DNA of 64,000 nucleotides from Spirochaetaceae bacterium. Its GTDB lineage: Bacteria; Spirochaetota; Leptospiria; Leptospirales; Leptonemataceae. The stretch is taken from NCBI GenBank assembly GCA_002729885.1, contig PBUB01000021.1, positions 36,451-100,450 on the forward strand. Reading direction: 5' to 3'. Positions 38,616 to 47,268 of the stretch are shown piece by piece (the first letter of the stretch is position 1; every line of letters starts with the position of its first letter). A program made the position numbers and the translations under genes. Under the pieces are notes generated by a model, which saw nothing but the letters and a program-made list of their open reading frames with translations, did not search any database and was not told the DNA's origin.

Positions 38616-40328
38616 ATGATGAGTATCCTGGAGAAATTGTCCGGATCACGGACCATTGCACTGTTCTGTGTAGCAATCGCTCTTTTAATTTTTGCAGCTT
38701 CGGTTCTGTCTGGCAGAACGGAGTACCAGTGGGGCTCCGCCCCGGTGTCTCGTTCAAGTCTTATCAGATACGTTGAATGGATTGCATTTCTTCTGGGATT
38801 TCTTTTGGCCATCTGCATTCGAAACCAGGCCAGATTCACCGAGAAACTGTACAAAACGAAATCCTTGCCCGTGGATACCACCAGACCGCAGCACAGTGAC
38901 TTTGAACATTCCAGGTCTGGATCAGCGGCCCGGGTAATTTTGGGGAGATTTTCCCCCTTTCAGATCAGCCTTTATTCCGGATACGCCATCGTTGGAATGT
39001 TTGTAATCTATCTGGGCCTATACTATAAGAGTGCGTACGATTCGTTCTATCTGCAGGAGCATGATTTTTTGAACATCGCAGCCGCGCTTCCCCATACAGG
39101 GCTTCTACAAACTCCTTATGTAAATACTGGACCTTCCGGTAGTTTTCTGGGCCATCATTTCAGTCCATTTCTAATTCTATTGAAGCCGATCTTCTGGCTC
39201 TGCTCCCAGGTTCCCGGTGCGAATTACGGCATCTACATGCTTCCTCTGTTTCTGGGCGCAAGCTGGGGAACGATACTGTGGTATGAGCTGGCCATAAAAT
39301 ATGTATCCAGACAATATTTCTGGCTCCTGCCGGTTCTTGCTCTTTTCCTTGGCTTCAATCCGCTACTGTTTCGACTTTCGCTTAGTTTTCATTTCGAAGT
39401 ATTCATTCTTCCTCTGGCAGCGGCCTGCCTTCTAACCTGGAATCATAAATCTTACTGGGTTTTTCTTTTCCTGCTTCTTTCCGTAAAAGAAGATATTTCA
39501 CTGTATAGCCTGTTGATTTGCGGATCTCTATACGTTACCGGCCGATGGAATGTCTGGAAGCCTTCCGGCGAAAGAATACCCCGAAGTTCCAGTTCGTCTG
39601 GAAGCATCTTGCACAGGCGTCTTCTGATCTCTGCCATTCTATCGGCATTGTATTTTCTGATTGCTGTGACCGCCCAGAGGTTTCTGGCCGGCAGTAGCGG
39701 TGCGGACTGGTCCCATTACTGGCTGGATGCATTTGAATGGAAAGGAGCGCAGACTACTGGATTTCTGGTGGTGATTCTTTCCGGCGGATGGCTGGCTTTG
39801 AAGGAGCGGGGCCTTCGCATCCCCTTTATCCTGATACTGTTAATGCATGTTTTTTCCAGGCATCCCTGGCATAACAGTTTTCAAAGCCACTATGTTTATA
39901 CCGTTATAATCATTGTACTGATTTCGGTATATTACTTGAAACCCGGTGTACTTTCTATCATGGTTCCGGCCATGCTTTTTGCAGCTATCCTCGATAAAAG
40001 CACTCCGCAGGCCTTGCTTCTTCCGGCCAGGCATGATACCCTGGTGGTGACAGAAAGGATTCCACAGGGTAGCTGTGTTCGAGCATCCCGACATATTGCA
40101 GTGAGGGTGCCCCTCCACAGTAAAACGTTTCCAATATATAGCATCGCAGGCAATCCATTGTCCGGCGATCTTTGCCAGCCCCCGGGAGATGAGACCTGTA
40201 AAGGAGCATACTTACTTCTTGAATCGCAGGATACACCCCGGCTGCATGGCTGCCAGATGCAATCGCTTCGATTTCGTGCAGGAACGGAGCATTTGAACCT
40301 TTTTGAGTATGTCAAGCCAGGCCGCTGA
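38616..40328 (+). CDS. polytopic membrane protein, DUF2079-like (GT-C-like fold candidate)
   Basis: At least 10 TM helices. HDFLNIAAALPHTG...GSFLGHHFSPFLILLKPIFWL resembles the DUF2079 N-terminal signature. Confidence 0.55.
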   Translation: MMSILEKLSGSRTIALFCVAIALLIFAASVLSGRTEYQWGSAPVSRSSLIRYVEWIAFLLGFLLAICIRNQARFTEKLYKTKSLPVDTTRPQHSDFEHSRSGSAARVILGRFSPFQISLYSGYAIVGMFVIYLGLYYKSAYDSFYLQEHDFLNIAAALPHTGLLQTPYVNTGPSGSFLGHHFSPFLILLKPIFWLCSQVPGANYGIYMLPLFLGASWGTILWYELAIKYVSRQYFWLLPVLALFLGFNPLLFRLSLSFHFEVFILPLAAACLLTWNHKSYWVFLFLLLSVKEDISLYSLLICGSLYVTGRWNVWKPSGERIPRSSSSSGSILHRRLLISAILSALYFLIAVTAQRFLAGSSGADWSHYWLDAFEWKGAQTTGFLVVILSGGWLALKERGLRIPFILILLMHVFSRHPWHNSFQSHYVYTVIIIVLISVYYLKPGVLSIMVPAMLFAAILDKSTPQALLLPARHDTLVVTERIPQGSCVRASRHIAVRVPLHSKTFPIYSIAGNPLSGDLCQPPGDETCKGAYLLLESQDTPRLHGCQMQSLRFRAGTEHLNLFEYVKPGR

Positions 40329-41478
40329 AATACTGATTATCGATGATGATCCATCCATTCGGGAGCTTGTGTCCCGTTTTCTGGAGAAGGAAGGATTTAC
40401 AGCGCTTAATGCCTCCACAGGCGAAGAAGGAATTGCCATGTCCATTCGTCACAGGCCAGCCTTGATTCTCTGCGATTATACTCTTCCGGGCATCGATGGT
40501 CTGGAAGTATGCGAAGCGTTGCGAGATCGACAGGATCTGGAATCCAGCTATTTCATCTTACTCACAGCCAGCGGAGACATGGATAGCAAGGTAGCGGCTT
40601 TTGATCGCGGAGTGGATGATTTTATTACCAAGCCATTCGATTTTCGAGAACTCAGATCCAGAATCAAAGCCGGAATGCGAATCTTTCTTCTTAACGAAGC
40701 TCTACGACGCAGACAGGCCATCATGGACTTTGACCTCAACCAGGCCAGGGAGTACGTCCGCAGTCAGATCCCGGGTCCCATGAAAAATCACCGGGTCTGG
40801 ATAGATTACGTCTACAGGCCCAGTCATACATTGGGCGGTGACATGTTTCACTTCGACTGGATTGATGACTGTCTTCGAATGTTTGTGCTGGACGTCTCCG
40901 GTCATGGAATTGGTAGCTCTTTGCTTTCGGTAGCAGCCCATCAACTTCTGGCCGGTGGCCGACTGGAAGCGAATCCCCTTGAACCTGTAGAAGTGCTGCA
41001 GGAATTAAATAGAGCCTTTCCCATGGAAAAGCAGAATCGATTGTTTTTTACCATCTGGTACGGCATCTATGATTTCAAGAAAAGGACTTTAAGCTATAGC
41101 TCGGCCGGGCATCCGCAGGGCTTCCTGAAGGAGTCCAGCGGCGATTCGCACGTGCTCATGAAAGGTGGAATACCCATAGGAATGGTAAAGGACTATCGCT
41201 ACAGATACAATCATCTGGAATTGAAGAATCCTTTTGTGATCTGCCTCTTTACCGATGGGCTCTATGAAGATGAGTCAATTCCACCGGACTTCAATGGAAG
41301 TCTGGATTCATTTCATAAACTTCTGGGAAGGATTCCGGACAAAACGTCTGCACCGTCGGTATGGGGTGGCACAGTACTTCAGTGGCTTTACACGGAGGCG
41401 CGATGCCTGAGTCCACGAGAAGACGACCTCACTTTAATTGTTGCAGAGATCGATCAGGAAGATCGCTCGGGATCGTAA
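40309..41478 (+). CDS. response regulator with PP2C/SpoIIE-type phosphatase output (RsbU-like)
   Basis: REC: ILIIDDDPSIRE...LILCDYTLPGIDG...TKPF. PP2C: LGGDMFHF...VLDVSGHGIGSSLL...SAGHP...LFTDGLYE. Overlaps the upstream gene by 20 nt. Confidence 0.88.
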   Translation: MSSQAAEILIIDDDPSIRELVSRFLEKEGFTALNASTGEEGIAMSIRHRPALILCDYTLPGIDGLEVCEALRDRQDLESSYFILLTASGDMDSKVAAFDRGVDDFITKPFDFRELRSRIKAGMRIFLLNEALRRRQAIMDFDLNQAREYVRSQIPGPMKNHRVWIDYVYRPSHTLGGDMFHFDWIDDCLRMFVLDVSGHGIGSSLLSVAAHQLLAGGRLEANPLEPVEVLQELNRAFPMEKQNRLFFTIWYGIYDFKKRTLSYSSAGHPQGFLKESSGDSHVLMKGGIPIGMVKDYRYRYNHLELKNPFVICLFTDGLYEDESIPPDFNGSLDSFHKLLGRIPDKTSAPSVWGGTVLQWLYTEARCLSPREDDLTLIVAEIDQEDRSGS

Positions 41479-42437
41479 TTTATGCGATTTCTACCATCTG
41501 CCTTGGCTTTGTACAGTCCACGGTCTGCACTTCTAACCAGCTCATCGCCTTTGCCCATACTGGAAATCAGAGAAGCCACTCCTATACTTACGGTGACATG
41601 GTCCTTGACCGCACTGGACCGATGAGGTATACCCAGATTTTCTACCCCATTCAGAATCTTCCGCGCCACCACCTCTGCACCAGCCAGATCCGTTCCGGGC
41701 AATATGATGACGAACTCTTCGCCTCCGTATCGCGCGGCCAGGTCCCCTGGACGCGTAAGGCTTTCTCTCAGGATGCGCGCAATGGCAATCAGACAGAGAT
41801 CTCCTTCCTGATGGCCATACGTATCATTGAATGGCTTGAAGAAATCTACATCAATCATCAACAGGCTGAGCGGCTGATCATTTCGCACTGCGCGATTGAA
41901 TTCGATTTCCAGGACGGCATCGAAATGTCTTCGATTAGGAATATCGGTGAGCGGATCGATCATCGATATCTTTTTTAGTTCTTCATTCGCCCGGGCCAGT
42001 TTGATGGTCATCTCAACCAGCTCTTTTTCATGAGCCCGCCTTCGGTCCATTTCGCGTTTAAGACGGATGGCTGCATTGACCCTGGCCAGAAATTCTATCT
42101 TATTAAAAGGCTTGCTGATGAAGTCCATGGCACCGGCACGAAAGGCCCGGGCCAGGTAGTCCTGCGGAGAATGAGCTGTCATCATGATCACAGGAATTTC
42201 CGCATACTTGTTACTGGATTTAATGGTGCGAGTCGCTTCGATGCCGTCGGTTCCAGGGAGGGAAATGTCCAGAAGAATTAAATCGAAAGTAGGCGCACCC
42301 TCCCCATCCAGCTGCAGTACAGAGAATGCGGCCTCGGCTGAATCCACAGCCTCAATGCCCGGGTAACCATCCTGGGAAAGAAAGGTCTTCGCCAGTAGCT
42401 GGTCGTCCGGATTGTCATCCACGATCAGAATTTTCAT
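41454..42437 (-). CDS. response regulator-diguanylate cyclase (REC-GGDEF, PleD-like)
   Basis: REC KILIVDDNPDD...LILLDISLPGTDG. GGDEF domain with DFFKPFNDTYGH, I-site RPGD five residues before the active-site GGEEF. Confidence 0.92.
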   Translation of the reverse strand: MKILIVDDNPDDQLLAKTFLSQDGYPGIEAVDSAEAAFSVLQLDGEGAPTFDLILLDISLPGTDGIEATRTIKSSNKYAEIPVIMMTAHSPQDYLARAFRAGAMDFISKPFNKIEFLARVNAAIRLKREMDRRRAHEKELVEMTIKLARANEELKKISMIDPLTDIPNRRHFDAVLEIEFNRAVRNDQPLSLLMIDVDFFKPFNDTYGHQEGDLCLIAIARILRESLTRPGDLAARYGGEEFVIILPGTDLAGAEVVARKILNGVENLGIPHRSSAVKDHVTVSIGVASLISSMGKGDELVRSADRGLYKAKADGRNRINYDPERSS

Positions 42438-42743
42438 TTACCAATCTTCCGAATCAACGAATTCAATTTCCAGGGAACCCAGATATTCATCCAGCTCTGA
42501 AATTGCACTCTTGATACTGTCGCCGTTTTGCTCTTTGGCAGCATCTTCTATCTGTTTTCCCTTTTCTGTCAGGAAGTGAAAGCCATAGCCGCCGCCGGAT
42601 CCCTTCATTCGATGACCGTGGATCCTCAGGTTTTCCCAGTCTTCTTTGGACAAAAAATCTTTGAATTCGTTCACGGTCTTGCGGATGCCATCAAGGTACC
42701 CGGGAATCAGATCTTCCAGATCTTTGCTTATCTCGACCTTCAT
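42438..42743 (-). CDS. Hpt (histidine phosphotransfer) domain protein
   Basis: RIHGHRMKGSGGGYGF carries the phospho-His motif. The stop abuts the REC-GGDEF start (TAAATG). An alternative start is at 42779. Confidence 0.8.
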   Translation of the reverse strand: MKVEISKDLEDLIPGYLDGIRKTVNEFKDFLSKEDWENLRIHGHRMKGSGGGYGFHFLTEKGKQIEDAAKEQNGDSIKSAISELDEYLGSLEIEFVDSEDW

Positions 42744-42875
42744 TGAAGAGGATGATGCAAAGCCATGCGCTACCATCAAGGAATTTATGATTTCTTCTTC
42801 CGCTTTTCAATTCTTCGGCCCGCGACTTATGTTCCGGGCAACGGGATATAAACGGAATATAAGCCTGAGCGAATC

Positions 42876-43412
42876 TTAATTCTGGCCGGTGTGTTGCCCT
42901 CTGTATGCCGCAACCATGGACCGATGAATGTTACGCGCAAGCTCCCGAAGCAATCGATGCCTGGCCTGCAACTCGGACTCAGGAAATCCTTCCCGGGGTG
43001 AATAATGCACTGTAGCGCTTTCTTCACTGGAAAGAAGTACCCGGCCGGAGGGCTTTTCCCTCATTCGAATGCGCACGCCGATGATTAGCTCATAGCGAGT
43101 GGGGTTTCGCAGGTTATCATAAAGTCGACCCTCTTTTCTATAAAGGGTCACTTCACCGTACAGACCCAGGCTCGCCTCTTCGGGCTCCGATACAATCAGG
43201 AAGTCATCTTTGGAATGGATTTCCTCTCTAAGGATGTCATTCAGCTCTACCTGCGCATCTGCATCGAAAGTGCTATTTGCAAAGTTGTAGAGATAAAGTG
43301 TGCGCTGCTGCCGGGGAAACTCCTTCAGATCCGGATATACGCAACCAGCAAAAATGAGCCAGCCAGGAAGCAGGAGCAGCCATAGATATCGTGAGAAACG
43401 CAGCAGACTCAT
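42876..43412 (-). CDS. lipoprotein, LptE-like (tentative)
   Basis: Lipobox WLIFAGCVY. RTLYLYNFANSTFDADAQVELNDILREEI...LYGEVTLY...YELIIGVRIRM matches the LptE-type pattern. The ATG overlaps the upstream stop (ATGA). Confidence 0.5.
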   Translation of the reverse strand: MSLLRFSRYLWLLLLPGWLIFAGCVYPDLKEFPRQQRTLYLYNFANSTFDADAQVELNDILREEIHSKDDFLIVSEPEEASLGLYGEVTLYRKEGRLYDNLRNPTRYELIIGVRIRMREKPSGRVLLSSEESATVHYSPREGFPESELQARHRLLRELARNIHRSMVAAYRGQHTGQN

Positions 43413-44494
43413 GGAACCCCCGGAGGATTCTGAGCGGATCCGGGCACGGGAATCCGGGAGTCGGAGGGCTGCATTGCCTGGAGCCCTTTGATGTATCCAA
43501 TGGTTCTTTTGATCGTTTCACGATCAATTACCTGAATTCCATCCATGGCCGGAGAACTCATCAGGAGCAGATCTTCTCCCTGAACCATCAGTGGCTCACG
43601 GGGCTGTCTTACTTCCACAGACATAGTTTCCACCGGTTCTCCGTCCACGCCTGCCACCATCTTCGCTTCCAGTACAGGCTCTGCTTTTTCCCAGAGACCG
43701 GAAGGGTCCTGTTTGTATTCGAACGAGAAAAACTTGATCTGAAACTGTCGAATCACTGTATCCAGTGGATTCGCAAACTGGGCTTCTGCCTCTTTGCCAT
43801 CCTGATTGACCCAGATCATCATGGGGCCTGCATCCTTTTGCATTTTCTCTTTTCGAAAAAGATGAACCGTGTAGGGCAGGTTTCGATCTTCAATATTCAG
43901 CGGATTGCTGAGCAACGTCACATTCAGTTCTATTGTGCTCGAAGCAGTTGGATACAGGAACACTCTTCTTTCCAGAAAAGAAGTGCGATCCGAATCCAGA
44001 CGATCCATGGTATATTTGGCCACCAGATAGGCTTCTCCTTCGTTCGCTGGTCTGTTCGCCACAGCAAAAAGCTTCCCGTTGCGATCCTTGTTCGCAACGC
44101 AGAGCTTGAAAGAATCTTCGTTCACGGGCATGAGCTGAACGCACCTGGTTTCTTCGCTCTCGCCAAAAAGCTCCTCCGGAAACAGCTTTCGGACTTCTCC
44201 TTCCAGGGCGTAGAGACCATGCATCTTTAACTCTTCGAATTCTTGAAACAGATTGGGAACAGCTGTGCTGGCCCGGTATCTGTAGCTTTTTCCATCCTGA
44301 GTAAAGGATGTATAGAATCGATCGCCTTGAAAAGTAGACTGCTTTTCAAAGGATAGATCTTTGTACTTAAGGGTTTGAAGATTCAGATCCCATACCACAG
44401 GTTCGCTCTTCTTTTCGATGTCCAGGAACAGGAATGCACCCAGAGCCACCAGAGAGGCCATTAAGACCCAGAGTGAGACTGGAACCTTTTTCAC
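43409..44494 (-). CDS. DUF4340-like protein (N-terminal TM anchor), accessory to the GldG-type ABC system
   Basis: The GTG start overlaps the GldG stop (GTGA). N-terminal TM VSLWVLMASLVALGAFLF. The position after a GldG-like gene is the usual DUF4340 context. Confidence 0.55.
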   Translation of the reverse strand: MKKVPVSLWVLMASLVALGAFLFLDIEKKSEPVVWDLNLQTLKYKDLSFEKQSTFQGDRFYTSFTQDGKSYRYRASTAVPNLFQEFEELKMHGLYALEGEVRKLFPEELFGESEETRCVQLMPVNEDSFKLCVANKDRNGKLFAVANRPANEGEAYLVAKYTMDRLDSDRTSFLERRVFLYPTASSTIELNVTLLSNPLNIEDRNLPYTVHLFRKEKMQKDAGPMMIWVNQDGKEAEAQFANPLDTVIRQFQIKFFSFEYKQDPSGLWEKAEPVLEAKMVAGVDGEPVETMSVEVRQPREPLMVQGEDLLLMSSPAMDGIQVIDRETIKRTIGYIKGLQAMQPSDSRIPVPGSAQNPPGVP

Positions 44495-46536
44495 GAATCT
44501 TTACCTTCGAATCTTCGGTTCTTTCGATAGAAGTACAGTCCAAGGCCCAGAGCCAGCGAAAGCCCCAGAGGAAACACCACAATGCCCAGAATCAGATTTC
44601 GTAGCTTCAACTCTTCTGTAATCTGAATCGAACGATCCTTTCTTGGCTCCGCCGGAAGAGCAGCAGCAACTTCGCTTTCTGTCATCCAGAACAGAGTGTC
44701 TGCAGCCAGGATGGGATTTCTATGGTCAGCCTCATATCGCAGTCCCATTTCTGAGATCCAGGCTATGTCTGAGTACACGGCGATGCGAGTGTCCCGGGCA
44801 GGATTTTCTATTGCCAGTCCCAGAGGAAACCTTCCCTGACTTTCCCCTGGATCCTGCTTTCCATTTCGATTTCGATCCAGGATAGTGCCAAACGGAGAAT
44901 AGAGAAAAACCTGGGTTTTGAATTCATCCGGTTTCTCAACATCGCTTTTCGCATCACCCGGAGCATTCTGATTCGGAGACTCTTGCTCGGTTTTCGGGCC
45001 TGCATTTTCCGGTGCGGATTCCGGCTTTTCCTGTGGGCCGGCCGGCGGCGCATCTTCCGTTGATTGCGGAGAATTCTGCGGACCTTCGGATGGATTTTTT
45101 TCGGGGGGATTCCGCTTCATGTCTTCAAAGTAGCCCGTGCCCGCATAAACGATAGCTGCCCGGCCACCAAGATTCAGGTTCTCTGTCATCCTGTGGGTTT
45201 CAAATTGCTGAATGATAAGCTCCCCTGGACGCCTGGCATTATGACTTAGCAGGGCTTTTTCATGAGCGTAAGGAGAGTTCAATGCTTCCAGTAGCCATCC
45301 GAAATCTTCCTTACCAGCGGGATCGATGAGGATCATAATCCTTCCGCCTTTTCGCGCGTAGTCCAACAGTGCATTGCGGGCGTCTTCGCCGTAGGGCGCC
45401 GTGGGACCCGCCAGAACCACTGCATCGGCGTCGTCCGGGATGGGCCCTGGCCAATCGGCGCCAGCACCCAGATCGCGAATGCGATAGTTGTAGAATCGAA
45501 TCAATTCTCGAAAAGTTTCCAGAGAGTGTGGATTGGCCGCCGCTCTTTGCATGGCCACTCGTTCGCCATTGGCTGCCGGGAAATACACCATCCTGGGCGG
45601 CGACGATACCTGAAGCAAAGCCCGCACCGTTTCTCGTTCAAGCCTTTCCATATCCTTACGTGTGTACACATAGACTCTGCGATCCACATAGGGTCGGTCG
45701 TCTGCCTCTACGTTCCCCTTTTTTAGGGCGCGAATAATGATGGTTCCGTTGGATACTCGGCCAAACTCATCGGATTGAAAGTCTGCCAGATCCGCATTGT
45801 GAAATTCCAGGGTTATGGATGAATTGATATTGGGAAGTTGCTGAAGCATAACCCGAACATCTTCTGCGATTTGATAGAGCTCTGGCAGGGTCTTGCTTAC
45901 TTCCTTGTCTCGAATGGCCTGTTTCACAGGGAGAAAGGCATGCACCTCGGCTTTGCCATCCAGAGTAGAAAGGATCTGTCTGGATTCTTCGCTGTAAGAG
46001 AAGTAGCCCGGGGAAAAGTCCAGAGTGGGATTCCTTTTCGCTGCCAGATAATTCAAGGCAGAAAACAATGCCAGGGCTGCAAGCACTCCCAGAGATGCAC
46101 GAACGGCATTCCTTTCCCTGGATTTCTGCCCGGCCAGACTGGCCCTGGAGCTGTATTCAAGTCCCGCCGAAATTCGCAGCAATACCGATCCAATAAAGCT
46201 GAATAGAAAAACAATCAGTAGAAACAGACGCATTCGCGCAGCGATACTGTCATCTTCTCCATGAATTTGCCCTCGAATGATAAAAAAGATCAAGGCAGCT
46301 AGAAGAAGTCCCCAGCTGGTGTAAAGTGTACTCCAACGGCCTTCCAGCGTGGCATCTCTACGATTCATCAATAGCAAAGCAGGATCCCCCAGGATCAGCA
46401 ACAGGCCCACAGCAAACAGAAAGATACCGGTGGCAGAATTCAAATACTGGAAGGCCAGCAGCGCTGTGATTCCCCCGGCCAGCAGGGTCCATCCGCCGAT
46501 TCTCTTTATAACTTCGCGCATTGTCTGGATATTCAT
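44491..46536 (-). CDS. GldG-like ABC-type transport auxiliary protein with extra N-terminal TM block and a Pro/Glu-rich insertion
   Basis: ABC_transp_aux-like core (VHAFLP..., AVVLAGPTAPYGEDARNALLDYARKGGRIMILIDP). C-terminal TM plus YFYRKNRR. Insertion at residues 474-538 approximately. Confidence 0.7.
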   Translation of the reverse strand: MNIQTMREVIKRIGGWTLLAGGITALLAFQYLNSATGIFLFAVGLLLILGDPALLLMNRRDATLEGRWSTLYTSWGLLLAALIFFIIRGQIHGEDDSIAARMRLFLLIVFLFSFIGSVLLRISAGLEYSSRASLAGQKSRERNAVRASLGVLAALALFSALNYLAAKRNPTLDFSPGYFSYSEESRQILSTLDGKAEVHAFLPVKQAIRDKEVSKTLPELYQIAEDVRVMLQQLPNINSSITLEFHNADLADFQSDEFGRVSNGTIIIRALKKGNVEADDRPYVDRRVYVYTRKDMERLERETVRALLQVSSPPRMVYFPAANGERVAMQRAAANPHSLETFRELIRFYNYRIRDLGAGADWPGPIPDDADAVVLAGPTAPYGEDARNALLDYARKGGRIMILIDPAGKEDFGWLLEALNSPYAHEKALLSHNARRPGELIIQQFETHRMTENLNLGGRAAIVYAGTGYFEDMKRNPPEKNPSEGPQNSPQSTEDAPPAGPQEKPESAPENAGPKTEQESPNQNAPGDAKSDVEKPDEFKTQVFLYSPFGTILDRNRNGKQDPGESQGRFPLGLAIENPARDTRIAVYSDIAWISEMGLRYEADHRNPILAADTLFWMTESEVAAALPAEPRKDRSIQITEELKLRNLILGIVVFPLGLSLALGLGLYFYRKNRRFEGKDS

Positions 46537-47268
46537 CTAGTTACCTCTCCAGCGTCGGGACTCCAGAACCCGAACCGTAAAAAACAAAAACAGAATGGCC
46601 ATACCACCAAAGAACAGAGTACCCTGCAGTGGGATGATCCCTCTGGTAAACGGATTGAACTGATCCAGCGCATGCATGTAGCTAAAGATTTCTCTGGCCG
46701 GAGCAGGAAGCAATCCCGCCAGATAGCCTCCGATATCCACAAGTACCAGAATTCCTGTGGCGATCAAAAGTGAAATGAGATGGCTCTCGGTGAAACTGGA
46801 TGCGAAAATTCCGATGGCAGTGGCATACATGGCCACGAACCACAGTCCAATCAATCCAGTAACGGTCATGTAAAGCGGAGCCTCTGCGATCCAGAAGATG
46901 TACACTCCCTGCATAAGAAATAGCAGTATTCCAAGCACCGTAAAATTTAGAAGGAATTTCCCGATCACCAGTTCCAGATCCGAGATGGGCAAACTGTACA
47001 GCAGTTCCAGGGTTCCCTGTTTTCTTTCATTTACAAAAGCTGACATAGACAGAAATACCCCGGAACCCAGAGTCAAAAGATAGAAAATATAGAACAGAGC
47101 TACCGTCACCTGCTCGTATGTGGCACGATCTGTGCTGGCCAGAATTACACTGACAAATCCACAACAGAAGGCCAGTATTCCGATGCTCAAAGGCGGAAGG
47201 CTGGAGCCGAAGAAAGAGGACAGCTCCTTTAAGTAGACCCAGTAAATTCTTTGCAATGAGCCTTTCAT
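46537..47268 (-). CDS. ABC-2 type permease (GldF-like)
   Basis: 243 aa with 6 TM helices. NERKQGTLELLYSLPIS is the ABC-2 motif. The start overlaps the ATPase stop (ATGA). Confidence 0.8.
   Translation of the reverse strand: MKGSLQRIYWVYLKELSSFFGSSLPPLSIGILAFCCGFVSVILASTDRATYEQVTVALFYIFYLLTLGSGVFLSMSAFVNERKQGTLELLYSLPISDLELVIGKFLLNFTVLGILLFLMQGVYIFWIAEAPLYMTVTGLIGLWFVAMYATAIGIFASSFTESHLISLLIATGILVLVDIGGYLAGLLPAPAREIFSYMHALDQFNPFTRGIIPLQGTLFFGGMAILFLFFTVRVLESRRWRGN

Noticed and set aside
41361-41978. 205-aa plus-strand ORF
   Set aside because: It is antisense to the REC-GGDEF gene, whose motifs (GGEEF, RxxD, receiver Asp) are unambiguous. The composition is typical of a shadow frame.
43391-44230. 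279-aa plus-strand ORF, the longest unexplained ORF in the track
   Set aside because: It lies entirely antisense to the DUF4340-like gene. Its His/Phe/Arg-rich composition has no motif or signal. The minus-strand protein looks natural and is translationally coupled to both neighbours.
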